DNA from: Chloroflexota bacterium
GTDB taxonomy: Bacteria > Chloroflexota > Dehalococcoidia > CAUJGQ01
Reading direction: 5' to 3'
Assembly (NCBI GenBank): GCA_963170165.1
Contig: CAUJGQ010000138.1
Coordinates: 95,690 to 159,689, forward strand
DNA: 64,000 nt
Shown: in pieces, positions 26,766-36,608 of the stretch
How positions within the stretch are numbered: position 1 is the stretch's first letter
Layout: each line of letters starts with the position of its first letter
Notes under the pieces: model-generated
Database searches by the model: none
Told to the model about the DNA's origin: nothing
The model's input: the letters and a program-made list of their open reading frames with translations, nothing else
Translations under genes and position numbers: made by a program

Positions 26766-28460
26766 TCACGGCCGGGTGACCACGAGGTTGTCGAAGCGGG
26801 CTTCGCTGTTGCCATTCTGGTCGCTGGAGGAGACACCAAACAGCACGGATCCTTCCTTGAAGGTACCGTCTTCGACGTAGGCCACCTGGGTGCCGTTGAC
26901 GGTGGCGGTGATACCGTCGCCCTTGCACACCAGTTGCAGGCGGTTGGAGGCGGTGCCGCGCTTGATCGCCGCCGACGCCGTCACCGGCACCAGCGCGGTG
27001 CCGCTGCCGCGGGTGTTGTCGTAGCGCCACAGGCTGTAACTGCCGGTATCCGGCGCCACTACCAGCCGGTAGTGCCCCGCCTGGTTCGTGCGGCAGGCGA
27101 CGGCGATGAACCGGTTGCGGGTATTGCCGGTCAGCCGGGCGTCGACCGTGATGGCCATGTCCTTGGCGTTGACGGAGGGGCCTGTCGCCGGGATGTTATT
27201 CCACGCCGGATCTACCTTGCGGATGACGTACTCGCCCCCCTCGTAGCCGTACTCGTATCGGGCCGGATCGTCTGAGTTGCGTGGCAGCGCGCCGCGGGAC
27301 GCGTTGTCGAAGTTGTCCTGCGCCAGTGTCCCGCCCGGCACCGGTGTGGGAGAGACGCTCGGGCGCCGCGTACTGGTAGGGATCGCCGTGACCTGTTGGG
27401 TCGGCTCCGGCGCGGGCGGGCCGTCCTCATCCGCGGCCACCAGCGCCACGCCGCCGAACAGCGCCAGCGCCGCGACACCGGCCGCGATCCATACCGGTGT
27501 CCGCCGGGTGGGCTGCCGCGGCGCCGTACCGGCCGGGGCGTAGGCGGTGTAGGGCGACGGCCACTGCGCCTGGGCGGCCGGGCGGGAGGCAGGTGGCGCC
27601 GTGATGGTGGCCGCCTGGGTTACCGTTGGGACAGGCACTGGCCGGCCATCGCGCGCCGCACGCAATGCCGCCACCAGCGCCGAGGCGAAGGGCGGGCGCT
27701 GCGCCGGATCCTTCGCCATGCCGAGCATCAGCACATCTCCCACGGCAGGCGGCAGTTCCGGGCGCGCCAGGCGCAGATGGGGCGGGGGCTGATGTGCCAC
27801 CGCTGCCAGCACCGCGCCGGCGTCACCATCAAACGGCAGCCGTCCGGCGAGCATGGTGTACAGGGTTGCTGCCAGTTGATAGACATCGGTGCGCGCGCTC
27901 AACACAGCGCCGGCGCTCAACTGCTCGGGGGCCATGTAACCCGGCGTGCCGATCAGCACGTTGCTGCGGGTGAGGCTGGCGCTGTTCGCGGCACGAGCCA
28001 CGCCCAGGTCGAGCAGCACGGCGCGGTTGGTCCCAGATTCGATCAGGATGTTGTCGGGCTTGACGTCTCTGTGGACAATGCCGGCGGCGTGGATGGCATC
28101 CAGGGCCAGGCCAATCTGGCCGGCGATGGCCAGTACGTCATCGAGCGAGAGGGCCGGGCGCTCGCGCAGGATAAGGTTGAGCGCCCGGCCCTCGATCAAC
28201 TCGGTGGCCATGAACACCGCACCCTGCGCTTCACCTGCCTCGTAGATCCGCACGATATTGGGATGCGTCACCCGGGCCAGCGACTGCGCCTCGCGGTGAA
28301 AGCGGGCGCGGGTCTCGGCGTCGGTAGCGAGATGGGGATGCAGCACCTTAAGCGCGACGGCATGCCCGCGGGCGGTGTCCCGCGCGCGGTGCACGGTCGC
28401 AAAACCACCGCAACCCAACTCGCCGTGGATCTCGTACCGGCCGATCATCGTCAGTTGCAT
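26766..28460 (-). CDS. Ser/Thr protein kinase (Hanks-type) with TM segment and C-terminal extracytoplasmic beta-rich sensor domain
   Basis: 564 aa; GxGxxG (LGCGGFATV), VALK, HRDVKPDNIL, DLGVAR, GTPGYMAPE, then a Pro-rich linker and TM helix. Confidence 0.9.
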   Translation of the reverse strand: MQLTMIGRYEIHGELGCGGFATVHRARDTARGHAVALKVLHPHLATDAETRARFHREAQSLARVTHPNIVRIYEAGEAQGAVFMATELIEGRALNLILRERPALSLDDVLAIAGQIGLALDAIHAAGIVHRDVKPDNILIESGTNRAVLLDLGVARAANSASLTRSNVLIGTPGYMAPEQLSAGAVLSARTDVYQLAATLYTMLAGRLPFDGDAGAVLAAVAHQPPPHLRLARPELPPAVGDVLMLGMAKDPAQRPPFASALVAALRAARDGRPVPVPTVTQAATITAPPASRPAAQAQWPSPYTAYAPAGTAPRQPTRRTPVWIAAGVAALALFGGVALVAADEDGPPAPEPTQQVTAIPTSTRRPSVSPTPVPGGTLAQDNFDNASRGALPRNSDDPARYEYGYEGGEYVIRKVDPAWNNIPATGPSVNAKDMAITVDARLTGNTRNRFIAVACRTNQAGHYRLVVAPDTGSYSLWRYDNTRGSGTALVPVTASAAIKRGTASNRLQLVCKGDGITATVNGTQVAYVEDGTFKEGSVLFGVSSSDQNGNSEARFDNLVVTRP

Positions 28461-28524
28461 AGGTCACCTCCGCTCACCAGCCGGTCCGCCGCTTCCGCCG
28501 CGCTCCTTCGTTCCCCTGCGCCCG

Positions 28525-29076
28525 CTAGCTGGGGCGGGTGTACTGCTGAATCTCGCGCACACCGGCGATCTCCGGTCGCTGCAAGGTTTCCAGCAGCGCC
28601 TGCTCGGAGGTGAACCGCACCCGCGCCACGCCGAAACTCTCGAAGTCCTCCACCGTGCGGGCATGTTCGGGAGCGGCCGCCGCTACCTGGCGCTTGATCT
28701 CGGCGTAGATGACGGGCCGGAGCTCAGTGATCTTCTCGTCATCCAGGCGCAGCCCGCGCGCCGCCGCCAGCTGCTTGAGGCTCGCCTCCGCGCGCTCGTC
28801 GTCCAGCACCACCAGCGCTTCCGCCTCACCCCTGGCGGTGATCTCGTCGAATACCGCCTGGTCCAGCTTGCCCGCCTCTACTTGCCGCTTCAGTTCCTCT
28901 CGTGCCGGCTGCGCCGCGCGTGCGCCAGGCGTGGCGGTCGCCGTCGCGGCGCGAGGCGCGGGGGTGGCGCCGCCGCTGCGGGTGAAGGCGACCGCCACAC
29001 CGGCCATCGCCAGCAGGCCACCAGCCGCCACACCGAGGATCAGAACCCGCCGCGACCGGAAGACTTCCTTGTTCAT
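28525..29076 (-). CDS. Hypothetical signal-anchored/secreted protein
   Basis: 183 aa; N-terminal hydrophobic segment VLILGVAAGGLLAMAGVAVAF. Lies between the S8 peptidase and the kinase in the same orientation. Confidence 0.5.
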   Translation of the reverse strand: MNKEVFRSRRVLILGVAAGGLLAMAGVAVAFTRSGGATPAPRAATATATPGARAAQPAREELKRQVEAGKLDQAVFDEITARGEAEALVVLDDERAEASLKQLAAARGLRLDDEKITELRPVIYAEIKRQVAAAAPEHARTVEDFESFGVARVRFTSEQALLETLQRPEIAGVREIQQYTRPS

Positions 29077-29099
29077 CCTGTGCTCCTTTCGGGCGGTGG

Positions 29100-30218
29100 C
29101 TACCGGCAGACGCCGCTATCGGTCAGCGATTTGGCGGCGGCGTCCAGGTCCAGCCGCACGCGGGTGATGCCATTGCGCGGGTCCGTGATCTTCGGTCCGG
29201 CGGTGGTCAGCGCCTTCTCAAGCTGGTCAACGGTCGCCTTCTTGCACTTGGAGCTGAGCGCCGCCGCCGCGCCCGCCACGTGGGGGGCCGCCTGCGAGGT
29301 ACCCTCCTGGGTGATCCCCGCCGCCGAGATGCGCGATCCGGGGGCGTACAGGGACAGCGTAGGGCCGGTCTGCGACCAGCAGGTCACCTGGTCCGCCTTA
29401 GTCTGGCGGTCGCTGCAGACGCGCGGATACTGGCGGGCGCCCTGGCTGCTGTCGTACACCGCGCCGACGGATACCGCGCCGGGCACGCAGGCGGGATCAG
29501 CGACCCCATCGATGAACCGGCCGTTCTGCTGGCCACTGTTGCCGGCGGAGACCACGGGCAGAATGCCTGCCGCCCGCAGGTCGCGGAAGACGGCGACATA
29601 CGGTGAGCGCGTGCACGCCTTGGTGTTGTAGGCGGTGGCGCCCAGGCTCATATTGACGGCGACGATGTTGTAGGTCTTGCGGTTCTTGATTACCCAGTCC
29701 AGCGCCGTGAGCACGCGCGACGAGGAGGTTTGCGGGCCATCGAACACGTCCAACACAATCACCCGGGCCTCTGGCGCCATCGAGAGGGCGATGCCAGCGA
29801 CGTTGGTGCCGTGGCCGTTGTCGTCCAACGCGCTATCGTTGGTGCCGACATCGGCGGTGAAGGCGACCCGGCAGGTCTTCTGGGGGGCACCTGCCGCTGT
29901 GCAGGGGCCGAAGGTCGAGCGCCGGAAGTCGACGCCGGTGTCAAGCACGGCGATGGCGGTGCCTGCGCCGGTGAATCCGCGGGCATGGGCATTGGTGGCG
30001 TGCACTAAGGGCAGGCTCTCCTTGTCGCCCTCGATCCGGGCAGCGGCCTTGGCGCTCTCGCCGCCCCCCGGAAGCGGCCCGGTGCGCTCGGGCGAGGCGT
30101 CAGCCCGGCCACAGGCCGCCAGGCTGACCGCCGCCACGGTGGCCAGCAGCGGCAGCACGCGCAAGGTGCGCGTAAACCGGCGGCATGATGAGCGCCGCCC
30201 GCCCTTCACAGTGTCCAT
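29100..30218 (-). CDS. S8-family serine peptidase (subtilase) with signal peptide/lipobox-like Cys
   Basis: Asp-His-Ser triad motifs AVLDTGV, HGTNVAG, GTSQAAPHVAG. Start at internal ATG (MDTVKGG) of track ORF 29100..30275. Confidence 0.85.
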   Translation of the reverse strand: MDTVKGGRRSSCRRFTRTLRVLPLLATVAAVSLAACGRADASPERTGPLPGGGESAKAAARIEGDKESLPLVHATNAHARGFTGAGTAIAVLDTGVDFRRSTFGPCTAAGAPQKTCRVAFTADVGTNDSALDDNGHGTNVAGIALSMAPEARVIVLDVFDGPQTSSSRVLTALDWVIKNRKTYNIVAVNMSLGATAYNTKACTRSPYVAVFRDLRAAGILPVVSAGNSGQQNGRFIDGVADPACVPGAVSVGAVYDSSQGARQYPRVCSDRQTKADQVTCWSQTGPTLSLYAPGSRISAAGITQEGTSQAAPHVAGAAAALSSKCKKATVDQLEKALTTAGPKITDPRNGITRVRLDLDAAAKSLTDSGVCR

Positions 30219-30497
30219 GCTCTGCCTCTCCTCGCTCGTCAGCCCTTCCTCCAGAGGGAAGACCACCATCCGCACTGGTAGCCGGCCCTCAATCTGGAAT
30301 CAGTGTGTATCCAGGCACACGCCGCGGCTGCATCGGCCGCGACAGCAGCGATGTAACCTGGGCTACAGCCCGGGAGGAGTACGCAAACTGCGAACAGCGA
30401 GCGGGGGCGGTCAAGGCACGCCCTATGACGCCTGCCTTATCTCCACGAGGGGACGATCAGGTTTCGGCCCGCAGGCCAAAGGCCCGCAAAAGCATTC

Positions 30498-30522
30498 CCC
30501 CTCTCCCGCCGGGCGGGAGAGG
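30498..30522 (-). terminator. Rho-independent terminator of the acyl-CoA synthetase gene
   Basis: 12-bp perfect inverted repeat CCCTCTCCCGCC/GGCGGGAGAGGG, followed on the minus strand by AATGCTTTTG. Confidence 0.55.
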
Positions 30523-30566
30523 GGGTCGGGGGTGTGGGTCATCCGCTCACGTTGCCGGTTGCGGCG

Positions 30567-32150
30567 CTAATGCACCCGCTGCTCGTAGCCCTGCCAGAAG
30601 CGCTCGCGCACCTGGTTCTTGAGCACCTTGCCGGTGCCGCCCTTGGGCAGGGCGTCCATGAACTCGACCTTGCGCGGGCACTTGAAGTGCGCCAGCCGCT
30701 CGCGGCTGAAGGCAATGATGTCATCGCTGGTGGCGGTCATACCTTCCTTCAGCACCACCACGGCCACCGGCACCTCCCCCCAGGTCTCGTGCGGGGCGGC
30801 GATTACCGCCGCTTCCAGCACCGCCGGGTGGGCGTACAGCGCGTCCTCCACCTCCACGGAGGAGATGTTCTCGCCGCCCGAGATGATGATGTCCTTGGCG
30901 CGGTCCACGATCTGGATGTAGCCCTCGGCATCCACGGTGGCGACGTCGCCGGTGTGCAGCCAGCCATCTCTGATGGTGGCAGCGGTGTCCTCGGGCCGCC
31001 GCCAGTAACCTTTCATCACGTTGTCGCCGCGGGCGATGATCTCGCCCACCTCCTCGCCGTTGCGGGCGACATCTGCGCCGTTGTCATTGATGACGCGCAG
31101 CTCGACACCCAGCACCGGCAGGCCAGTCTTGGCCATGTAGCGCGCCTGCTCCTCGTCCGGCCGGTCTGCCAGCGTTCCCTTGAGCACGGAGACACTGAGG
31201 ATGGGGGCCGACTCGGTCATGCCGTAGCCCACCACGTAATCACACTTCAGCTTCTTGCGCGCCTCCACCACAAACTGCCAGGGCGAGGGGGCGCCGCCGA
31301 CGATGATGCGCCGCAGGCTGGACAGTTCATAGCCCTCCAGCCCGGGGAAGTTGATCAGGATGTTGACCATAGTCGGCACCAGGGCGGTCATAGTCACGCC
31401 CTCGCGCTGCACCAGCTCTAGCACGAGGTTGGGCACGAACGCACGTACGCAGACGTGGGTACCGCCAATGGCGGTGAGCGCGTGCGGCGTGCCCCAACCG
31501 TTGACATGGAACAGCGGGATGGTGTGCAGCATGACGTCGCGGTCGGTCAGTTCCATACCGCTGAGGAAGTTGAAGGCATTGGCGTACAGGTTGCGATGCG
31601 TGAGCATCACGCCCTTGGATTTGCCGGTGGTGCCGGAGGTGTAGAAGATCTCGGCGACGTCGTCCTCGTCCATCGCCGGCATGGGATAGGGGCCGGCGGG
31701 CGCGGCAGCCAGCAACGTCTCGTAGTCCGGGTTACCATCGCGCTCGCCATCACCCACGAGGATCACGTGCTTGAGCGAAGGCACGCTGTCACGGATCGGG
31801 TCAATCAAGCCGCGCATGGCGCGCTCGACGATGATGGCGCTGGCCTCGGCGTCGTTGAGCATGAAGGCGAAGTCCGCCGGGGTCAGGCGGATGTTGAGCG
31901 GCATGAGGATCGCGCCCATTTGCACGACGCCATAATAGGCCTCCAACAGCGGATGGCCGTTGGGTCCGAGGAAGGCCACCCGGTCCCCCCGGCGAATGCC
32001 GAGCGAGGCCAGGGCGTGGGACAGCCGGTCCACCCGTTCGCCGTACTCGCGGTAGGTGAGCCGTCGCTCCCCATCGATGATGCCGGTCTTGTCGCCGTAC
32101 AACGACCGCGCCCGCTGCAAGAACTTCACCGGAAACGCATAACCGGACAT
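30567..32150 (-). CDS. AMP-dependent synthetase/ligase (acyl-CoA synthetase family)
   Basis: AMP-binding motif YTSGTTGKSKGV, EGYGMTE-like, C-terminal GGTGKVLK. Start at internal ATG (MSGYAFP). Confidence 0.85.
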   Translation of the reverse strand: MSGYAFPVKFLQRARSLYGDKTGIIDGERRLTYREYGERVDRLSHALASLGIRRGDRVAFLGPNGHPLLEAYYGVVQMGAILMPLNIRLTPADFAFMLNDAEASAIIVERAMRGLIDPIRDSVPSLKHVILVGDGERDGNPDYETLLAAAPAGPYPMPAMDEDDVAEIFYTSGTTGKSKGVMLTHRNLYANAFNFLSGMELTDRDVMLHTIPLFHVNGWGTPHALTAIGGTHVCVRAFVPNLVLELVQREGVTMTALVPTMVNILINFPGLEGYELSSLRRIIVGGAPSPWQFVVEARKKLKCDYVVGYGMTESAPILSVSVLKGTLADRPDEEQARYMAKTGLPVLGVELRVINDNGADVARNGEEVGEIIARGDNVMKGYWRRPEDTAATIRDGWLHTGDVATVDAEGYIQIVDRAKDIIISGGENISSVEVEDALYAHPAVLEAAVIAAPHETWGEVPVAVVVLKEGMTATSDDIIAFSRERLAHFKCPRKVEFMDALPKGGTGKVLKNQVRERFWQGYEQRVH

Positions 32151-32309
32151 GCCACTTTCTCCCTTGGCGGTCATCGATGCGCCTGCAGGACCGCCGTGCT
32201 ATCTCACATCATACCCCGCCCCTTTGCACGGTGAGCGATCCGGTCCCCTGCCGGTACGATGGAAGGCGGGCAGTGCGGCACGACCGCGCCCGCGTGGGAG
32301 TGACCGAGC

Positions 32310-33137
32310 ATGAGCAGTGCGGCACAAGCATGGACGTGGCGGGTCCAGGCGCATCACGAGCAGTCTATCCGCGTCCAGCAGGCGGCCGGCTGGCGCACCG
32401 AGACCTACCCTCCGAACGTCGCCGCCCGCTTCGCCGCCGACCCACGCCGCACCGATGATCCCTCGCTCAACCGGCTGCTGCAGCTGGTGACACCGGACTC
32501 CACCGCGCTGGACGTCGGCGGCGGCGGCGGCCGGTTTGCGCTGCCGCTAGCCCTGGCCTGCCGCCGGATCACCGTGGTGGAGCCGTCACAGCCGATGGTG
32601 GCGACGCTGCGGGCGGGAGCAGCGGCGGCGGGCATCACCAATCTGTCCATCGTTGAGCAGCAGTGGGAAGAAGCCACCGTCGAGCCGGCGGATCTCGTCT
32701 TGTGTGCCCATGTGGTGTACGGCGTCGAAGCGATCGTCCCGTTCATCCGCAAGCTGGTGGCCCATGCGCGCCAGCGGGTGGCGCTGCTGCTCACCACCAG
32801 CTACCCCGCCGCCTTTGCCGCACCGCTGTGGCCCGCCGTCCATGGCGAGGAGCGCATCACGCTCCCTGCCCTGCCCGAGCTGCTGCCCGTGCTATGGGAG
32901 ATGGACATCTGGCCGGATGTGGAGATGCTCGCCATCGAGCACCGCAGCCACACCCGCCCCGCGCTGACAGAGATGCTGCACTACCAGACCTACGCCGCAG
33001 CCGGTACGCCCGCCGGCTACCGGCTGGCCGCTGCGCTCGATGCGTTAGTGGAGCCCGATGGAGAGCACGCGGGCAACGTCACCCTGCGCGGGGCACGCCC
33101 GCGGCACGTGGCGCTCGTTACCTGGCAGACGGCATAG
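32310..33137 (+). CDS. Class I SAM-dependent methyltransferase
   Basis: 275 aa; ALDVGGGGGRFALPLA motif I. Confidence 0.75.
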   Translation: MSSAAQAWTWRVQAHHEQSIRVQQAAGWRTETYPPNVAARFAADPRRTDDPSLNRLLQLVTPDSTALDVGGGGGRFALPLALACRRITVVEPSQPMVATLRAGAAAAGITNLSIVEQQWEEATVEPADLVLCAHVVYGVEAIVPFIRKLVAHARQRVALLLTTSYPAAFAAPLWPAVHGEERITLPALPELLPVLWEMDIWPDVEMLAIEHRSHTRPALTEMLHYQTYAAAGTPAGYRLAAALDALVEPDGEHAGNVTLRGARPRHVALVTWQTA

Positions 33138-33140
33138 CCG

Positions 33141-34547
33141 CTACAGCGCGGTCCCCGGCGTGGCCGGCTGCATGCGTGCATACACGAACCCGGCCAGCGT
33201 AAACGCGGTGACGTCACCTGCGGTCGTCCGCAGGAACCGCAGCACTTCGCCTGCTCCCCGGCCACCGATCACGCGGATATGATCGGGCGCGTCCTGGTGC
33301 TCCAGCCAGGCGGGGGCATGGAGCGACCGGCCACCAGCCGGGAAGGTCTCCAGACGCAGACGGCCGCCCCGGCACTCGATTTGCACCTCCGTCCCCGCCA
33401 TACGGTAGCGGCCCAACAGGGGCTTCCATGCTTCTGGGGTCGGCACAGGCCGCTCGTCTGCCGCGGCGGCAGGGATGCCACCCTCGCGATCGTGAGCCTC
33501 AACCAGCACGTCCATCAACTCGGTGGCAGTCTCCGCAGCGATGGTGTGCCGCCCCTGATTGGTGAGGACAATCACACCCAGGCGGCGGGAGACGTTGAAG
33601 CTGATCTGAGTGATGAACCCGTGGATAGAGCCACCGTGCCCAACATCGAACCGCTCACCCTTGCGCGCAGTCATCCATCCCAGGCCGAAGCCGGTGGTCC
33701 AGGTGGGGTCAACGTGCTGCGGGTGCTGCATCTCGGCCAGCGTCTCCCCGGCCAGCACCGGGCAACCGCCGTCTGCACGCAGCTGCGCACTGATCCACGT
33801 TGCCAGATCACGCACCGTCGTATACAGCCCGGCGGCGGCGGCGATGCCATTGGTCTCTGTGTGGCGCACCGGCGGTGGCTCGTCGTCGTAGGGGTGCTCG
33901 TCATAGCCGGTGGCCTTGCGCGCCAGCAGCTCCGCATTCGGCGCAAAGCTGCTGGAAGCCATGCCCAAGGGCGCGAAGATCTCTTGTTGCACGTAGCCGG
34001 CGAACGGCCGGCCGCTGACGCGCGCCACTACCTCGCCCAGCAGCGCATACGCGAGGTTGCCATACTTGGCGGCGCTATCCGGCGCGATCACGGCCGCGGT
34101 CTGGGGCAGCGCCGCCAGGATCGCATCCATGGTGGGGAACTCCATCGAGTGCCAGTAGTCAAAGGGCCCTTCGGTGATCAGCCCGGAGTGGTGACAGAGC
34201 AGGCGCCGCAGCGTGATCTCCTCCACCGGACAATGCCGTGCCTGGATGCGGGCGAACTCCGGGATGAAGCGCACCACCGGGTCATCCAGCCGCAGCTTGC
34301 CGCCATCGCGCAGTTGCAGCACCGCGGTCGCGGTGAAGGTCTTCGAAATGGAGGCGACCCGGTACACCGTGTCCGCGTCCGGCCGGCGGCCGCCGGCCAC
34401 ATCGGCAAAGCCGATCCCGTCGCTCCACACCAACTCATCGCCGCTGACGGCGCCAAGGGCCATGCCCGGCAGATGCGCCGCCGCCACACGACGCGCGGCG
34501 AGCGTACGAAGCTTGGCGCTTAACGGCTCAATCAGGGCTCGGCTCAT
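33141..34547 (-). CDS. Serine hydrolase of beta-lactamase/transpeptidase-like fold (class C beta-lactamase / D-Ala carboxypeptidase family)
   Basis: SxxK motif SISKTF, YxN (YGNLAY), HGGS. Start at internal ATG (MSRALIEPL) with AGGAG RBS. Confidence 0.8.
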   Translation of the reverse strand: MSRALIEPLSAKLRTLAARRVAAAHLPGMALGAVSGDELVWSDGIGFADVAGGRRPDADTVYRVASISKTFTATAVLQLRDGGKLRLDDPVVRFIPEFARIQARHCPVEEITLRRLLCHHSGLITEGPFDYWHSMEFPTMDAILAALPQTAAVIAPDSAAKYGNLAYALLGEVVARVSGRPFAGYVQQEIFAPLGMASSSFAPNAELLARKATGYDEHPYDDEPPPVRHTETNGIAAAAGLYTTVRDLATWISAQLRADGGCPVLAGETLAEMQHPQHVDPTWTTGFGLGWMTARKGERFDVGHGGSIHGFITQISFNVSRRLGVIVLTNQGRHTIAAETATELMDVLVEAHDREGGIPAAAADERPVPTPEAWKPLLGRYRMAGTEVQIECRGGRLRLETFPAGGRSLHAPAWLEHQDAPDHIRVIGGRGAGEVLRFLRTTAGDVTAFTLAGFVYARMQPATPGTAL

Positions 34548-34774
34548 GGTGGCAGCTCCTGTGGCGGACGGGTGCGGACCTGCCCAGTATCGACCGGGGC
34601 AGGCACAGGCGCGAGTGCGGCGTGTTCGCTCGGTGACAGCCAACGTGTGCGCGCGCTGACGGTGGTGGTGTGTGCGGGGGAACAGCCGGGGCGGGCGGGG
34701 GCTGGCATCCTACAGACACAGCGGACGGGGCACACGGGACGGTCCCGCCGGGAGCAGCACCAGGGAGGCACCTC

Positions 34775-34969
34775 ATGATCAGTGGCGGCGTGTACAACAG
34801 CGGCAACAACTTCGGCTCGCAGGCCGGCAACGTCATCTCCGGTGGCAACTTCACCCACTACGGCCCCGGCGTGATGCTCAACGGCTTCGTCAACAACACC
34901 GGCATCAACCGCCCCGGCGGCCAGCAGGCTGGCAACGTCATCACCGCTGGCAACTTCTGGCGGCTGTAG
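34775..34969 (+). CDS. Small Gly/Asn-rich internally repeated peptide (64 aa); candidate structural/RiPP-type or bacteriocin-like peptide
   Basis: RBS AGGGAGG 6 nt before ATG 34775 (internal start of track ORF 34670..34969). Sequence MISGGVYNSGNNFGSQAGNVISGGNFTHYGPGVMLNGFVNNTGINRPGGQQAGNVITAGNFWRL with two near-identical decapeptides QAGNVI[ST][GA]GNF. Own terminator directly downstream. Confidence 0.45.
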   Translation: MISGGVYNSGNNFGSQAGNVISGGNFTHYGPGVMLNGFVNNTGINRPGGQQAGNVITAGNFWRL

Positions 34970-35028
34970 ACCCGGGCGCCGCTCGCCGGCAACCGGTGGA
35001 ATGACCCACGGCACAACGCACACCAGGA

Positions 35029-35058
35029 AGCGGGGGCGGCAGCTCCCGCTTCTTTTGG
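35029..35058 (+). terminator. Intrinsic terminator after the small Gly/Asn peptide gene
   Basis: 8-bp stem AGCGGGGG/CTCCCGCT (one G-U), 6-nt loop, then TCTTTTGG. Confidence 0.5.
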
Positions 35059-35219
35059 CATTTCTGCGGCTGCTCATCGCTACCATGCCGCACGTGGTGA
35101 TCTGCAGCCTTCGAGCCATCGTACCTGCTGGCAATGGCGCCTTGACCATGGGTCGCTTCTTTGCCGATGACCGGCCGGCATCTGTGCGGGAGCAACAGCC
35201 ACACACCGAAGGAATTGAG

Positions 35220-36431
35220 ATGTACGACGCGATTATTGTTGGGGCACGCGTGGCCGGTGCGCCGGTTGCACTGCTGCTGGCGCGCAAGGGCTATCGGGTT
35301 CTGCTGGTCGACCGCGCGACTTTTCCCAGTGACACGCTGTCCACCCACTACATTCACCAACCTGGCGTGGCCGCACTCCAGCGCTGGGGCGTGCTGGAGG
35401 CGGCCACAGCCGGCAGCCCGGCCATCACCAACTTCACGATGGACTTCGGTCCGCTCGTGCTGAACGGGTGGGGTCCCGCTTGCGACGGCGTGCTGGAAGG
35501 GTATGCGCCCCGTCGCAGCGTGCTGGATACGGCGCTAGTGGAGGCGGCCCGTGCCGCCGGGGCGGAGGTACGCGAAGGGTTCAGCATCCAAGAACTGACC
35601 TTCGCAGACGGCCGCGTGACCGGCATTCGCGGGCGGGAGCGGGGCGGGACTACCGTCACGGAGCAAGGGCGCATCGTCATCGGCGCCGACGGCCTGCACT
35701 CCGCCGTCGCCAAGGCGGTGCATGCACCGGCTTACCAGGAGCGGCCGGTACAGGCCTGCTACTACTACAGCTACTTCTCCGACTTCGGCTTGGGAACGGC
35801 GATCTATCCGCGCGAAGGAAACGTGGCCGTGCACTTCCCGACGAATGACGGCCTATCTGTCCTTGCCGTGGGCTGGAAGCCGGCGGAGTTTGCCCGCGTC
35901 CGCCAGGATATCGACCGCAGCTTCTACGCAGCGCTGGAACGCATCTCACCGGCTCTGAGCGAAGCGGTGCAGGGGGCCAGCCGTGCCGAGCGCTGGACCG
36001 GCACCGCCGATGTGCCGAACTTCTTCCGCAAGCCGTTCGGCCCCGGCTGGGCACTGGTTGGCGACGCGGGTTACCACAAAGACCCGGTGACCGGCTACGG
36101 CATCACCGATGCCTTCCGAGATGCCGAGACGCTGGCGGCAGCGCTGGACGCCGGGCTCTCGGGCAGGGAGGATCTGGAACAGGCGTTGGCGGGCTACGAG
36201 CAGACCCGCAACGCCTTCGCCATGCCGATGTACGAGTTCATCCTTCAGCTCGCCGCTCAGGAAGCGCCGCCGCCGGAGATGCAAATGCTGCTTGGCTCGC
36301 TGGTCGGGCGGCCGGAGGAAATCACGCGGTTCTGCGGTCTGCTGGATGGCACCGTCTCCATCCCCGAGTACTTCGCCCCGGACAACCTTCAGCGCGTGAT
36401 AGCCGGGGCACTGACCCCAGCCGCGGACTAG
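35220..36431 (+). CDS. FAD-dependent oxidoreductase (geranylgeranyl-reductase/FixC-like flavoprotein family)
   Basis: Start ATG 35220 (MYDAIIVGARVAGAPVALLLARKGYRVLLVDR, classic dinucleotide-binding motif) after RBS AAGGAA. C-terminal GDAGYHKDPVTGYGITDAFRDAETLAAAL matches the GGR-family GDAAG...P.TG.GI motif. No WxWxIP halogenase motif. Confidence 0.75.
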   Translation: MYDAIIVGARVAGAPVALLLARKGYRVLLVDRATFPSDTLSTHYIHQPGVAALQRWGVLEAATAGSPAITNFTMDFGPLVLNGWGPACDGVLEGYAPRRSVLDTALVEAARAAGAEVREGFSIQELTFADGRVTGIRGRERGGTTVTEQGRIVIGADGLHSAVAKAVHAPAYQERPVQACYYYSYFSDFGLGTAIYPREGNVAVHFPTNDGLSVLAVGWKPAEFARVRQDIDRSFYAALERISPALSEAVQGASRAERWTGTADVPNFFRKPFGPGWALVGDAGYHKDPVTGYGITDAFRDAETLAAALDAGLSGREDLEQALAGYEQTRNAFAMPMYEFILQLAAQEAPPPEMQMLLGSLVGRPEEITRFCGLLDGTVSIPEYFAPDNLQRVIAGALTPAAD

Positions 36432-36608
36432 CGGGCGTTCTGCGGCAGCACAACGCCGGCCCCCTTGCCCTGCGGCCCCCACCACGCAGGGGAGATCGCG
36501 AGGACGCCGCGTTACCCCCTGCGTAGGCTCATCAGTGGCCACATCTCCGCGCGCAGCCGAACCACCTGAGCAGCCGGCTGCGCATGGTGCGCCACCGGGC
36601 GCGCCTCG

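Noticed and set aside
34544-35287. 247-aa minus-strand ORF spanning the small-peptide locus
   Set aside because: Low-complexity Ala/Arg/Pro-rich sequence with no motifs. It overlaps a well-supported plus-strand peptide gene with RBS and terminator, and overlaps the real beta-lactamase-fold gene start region. Judged an artefact.
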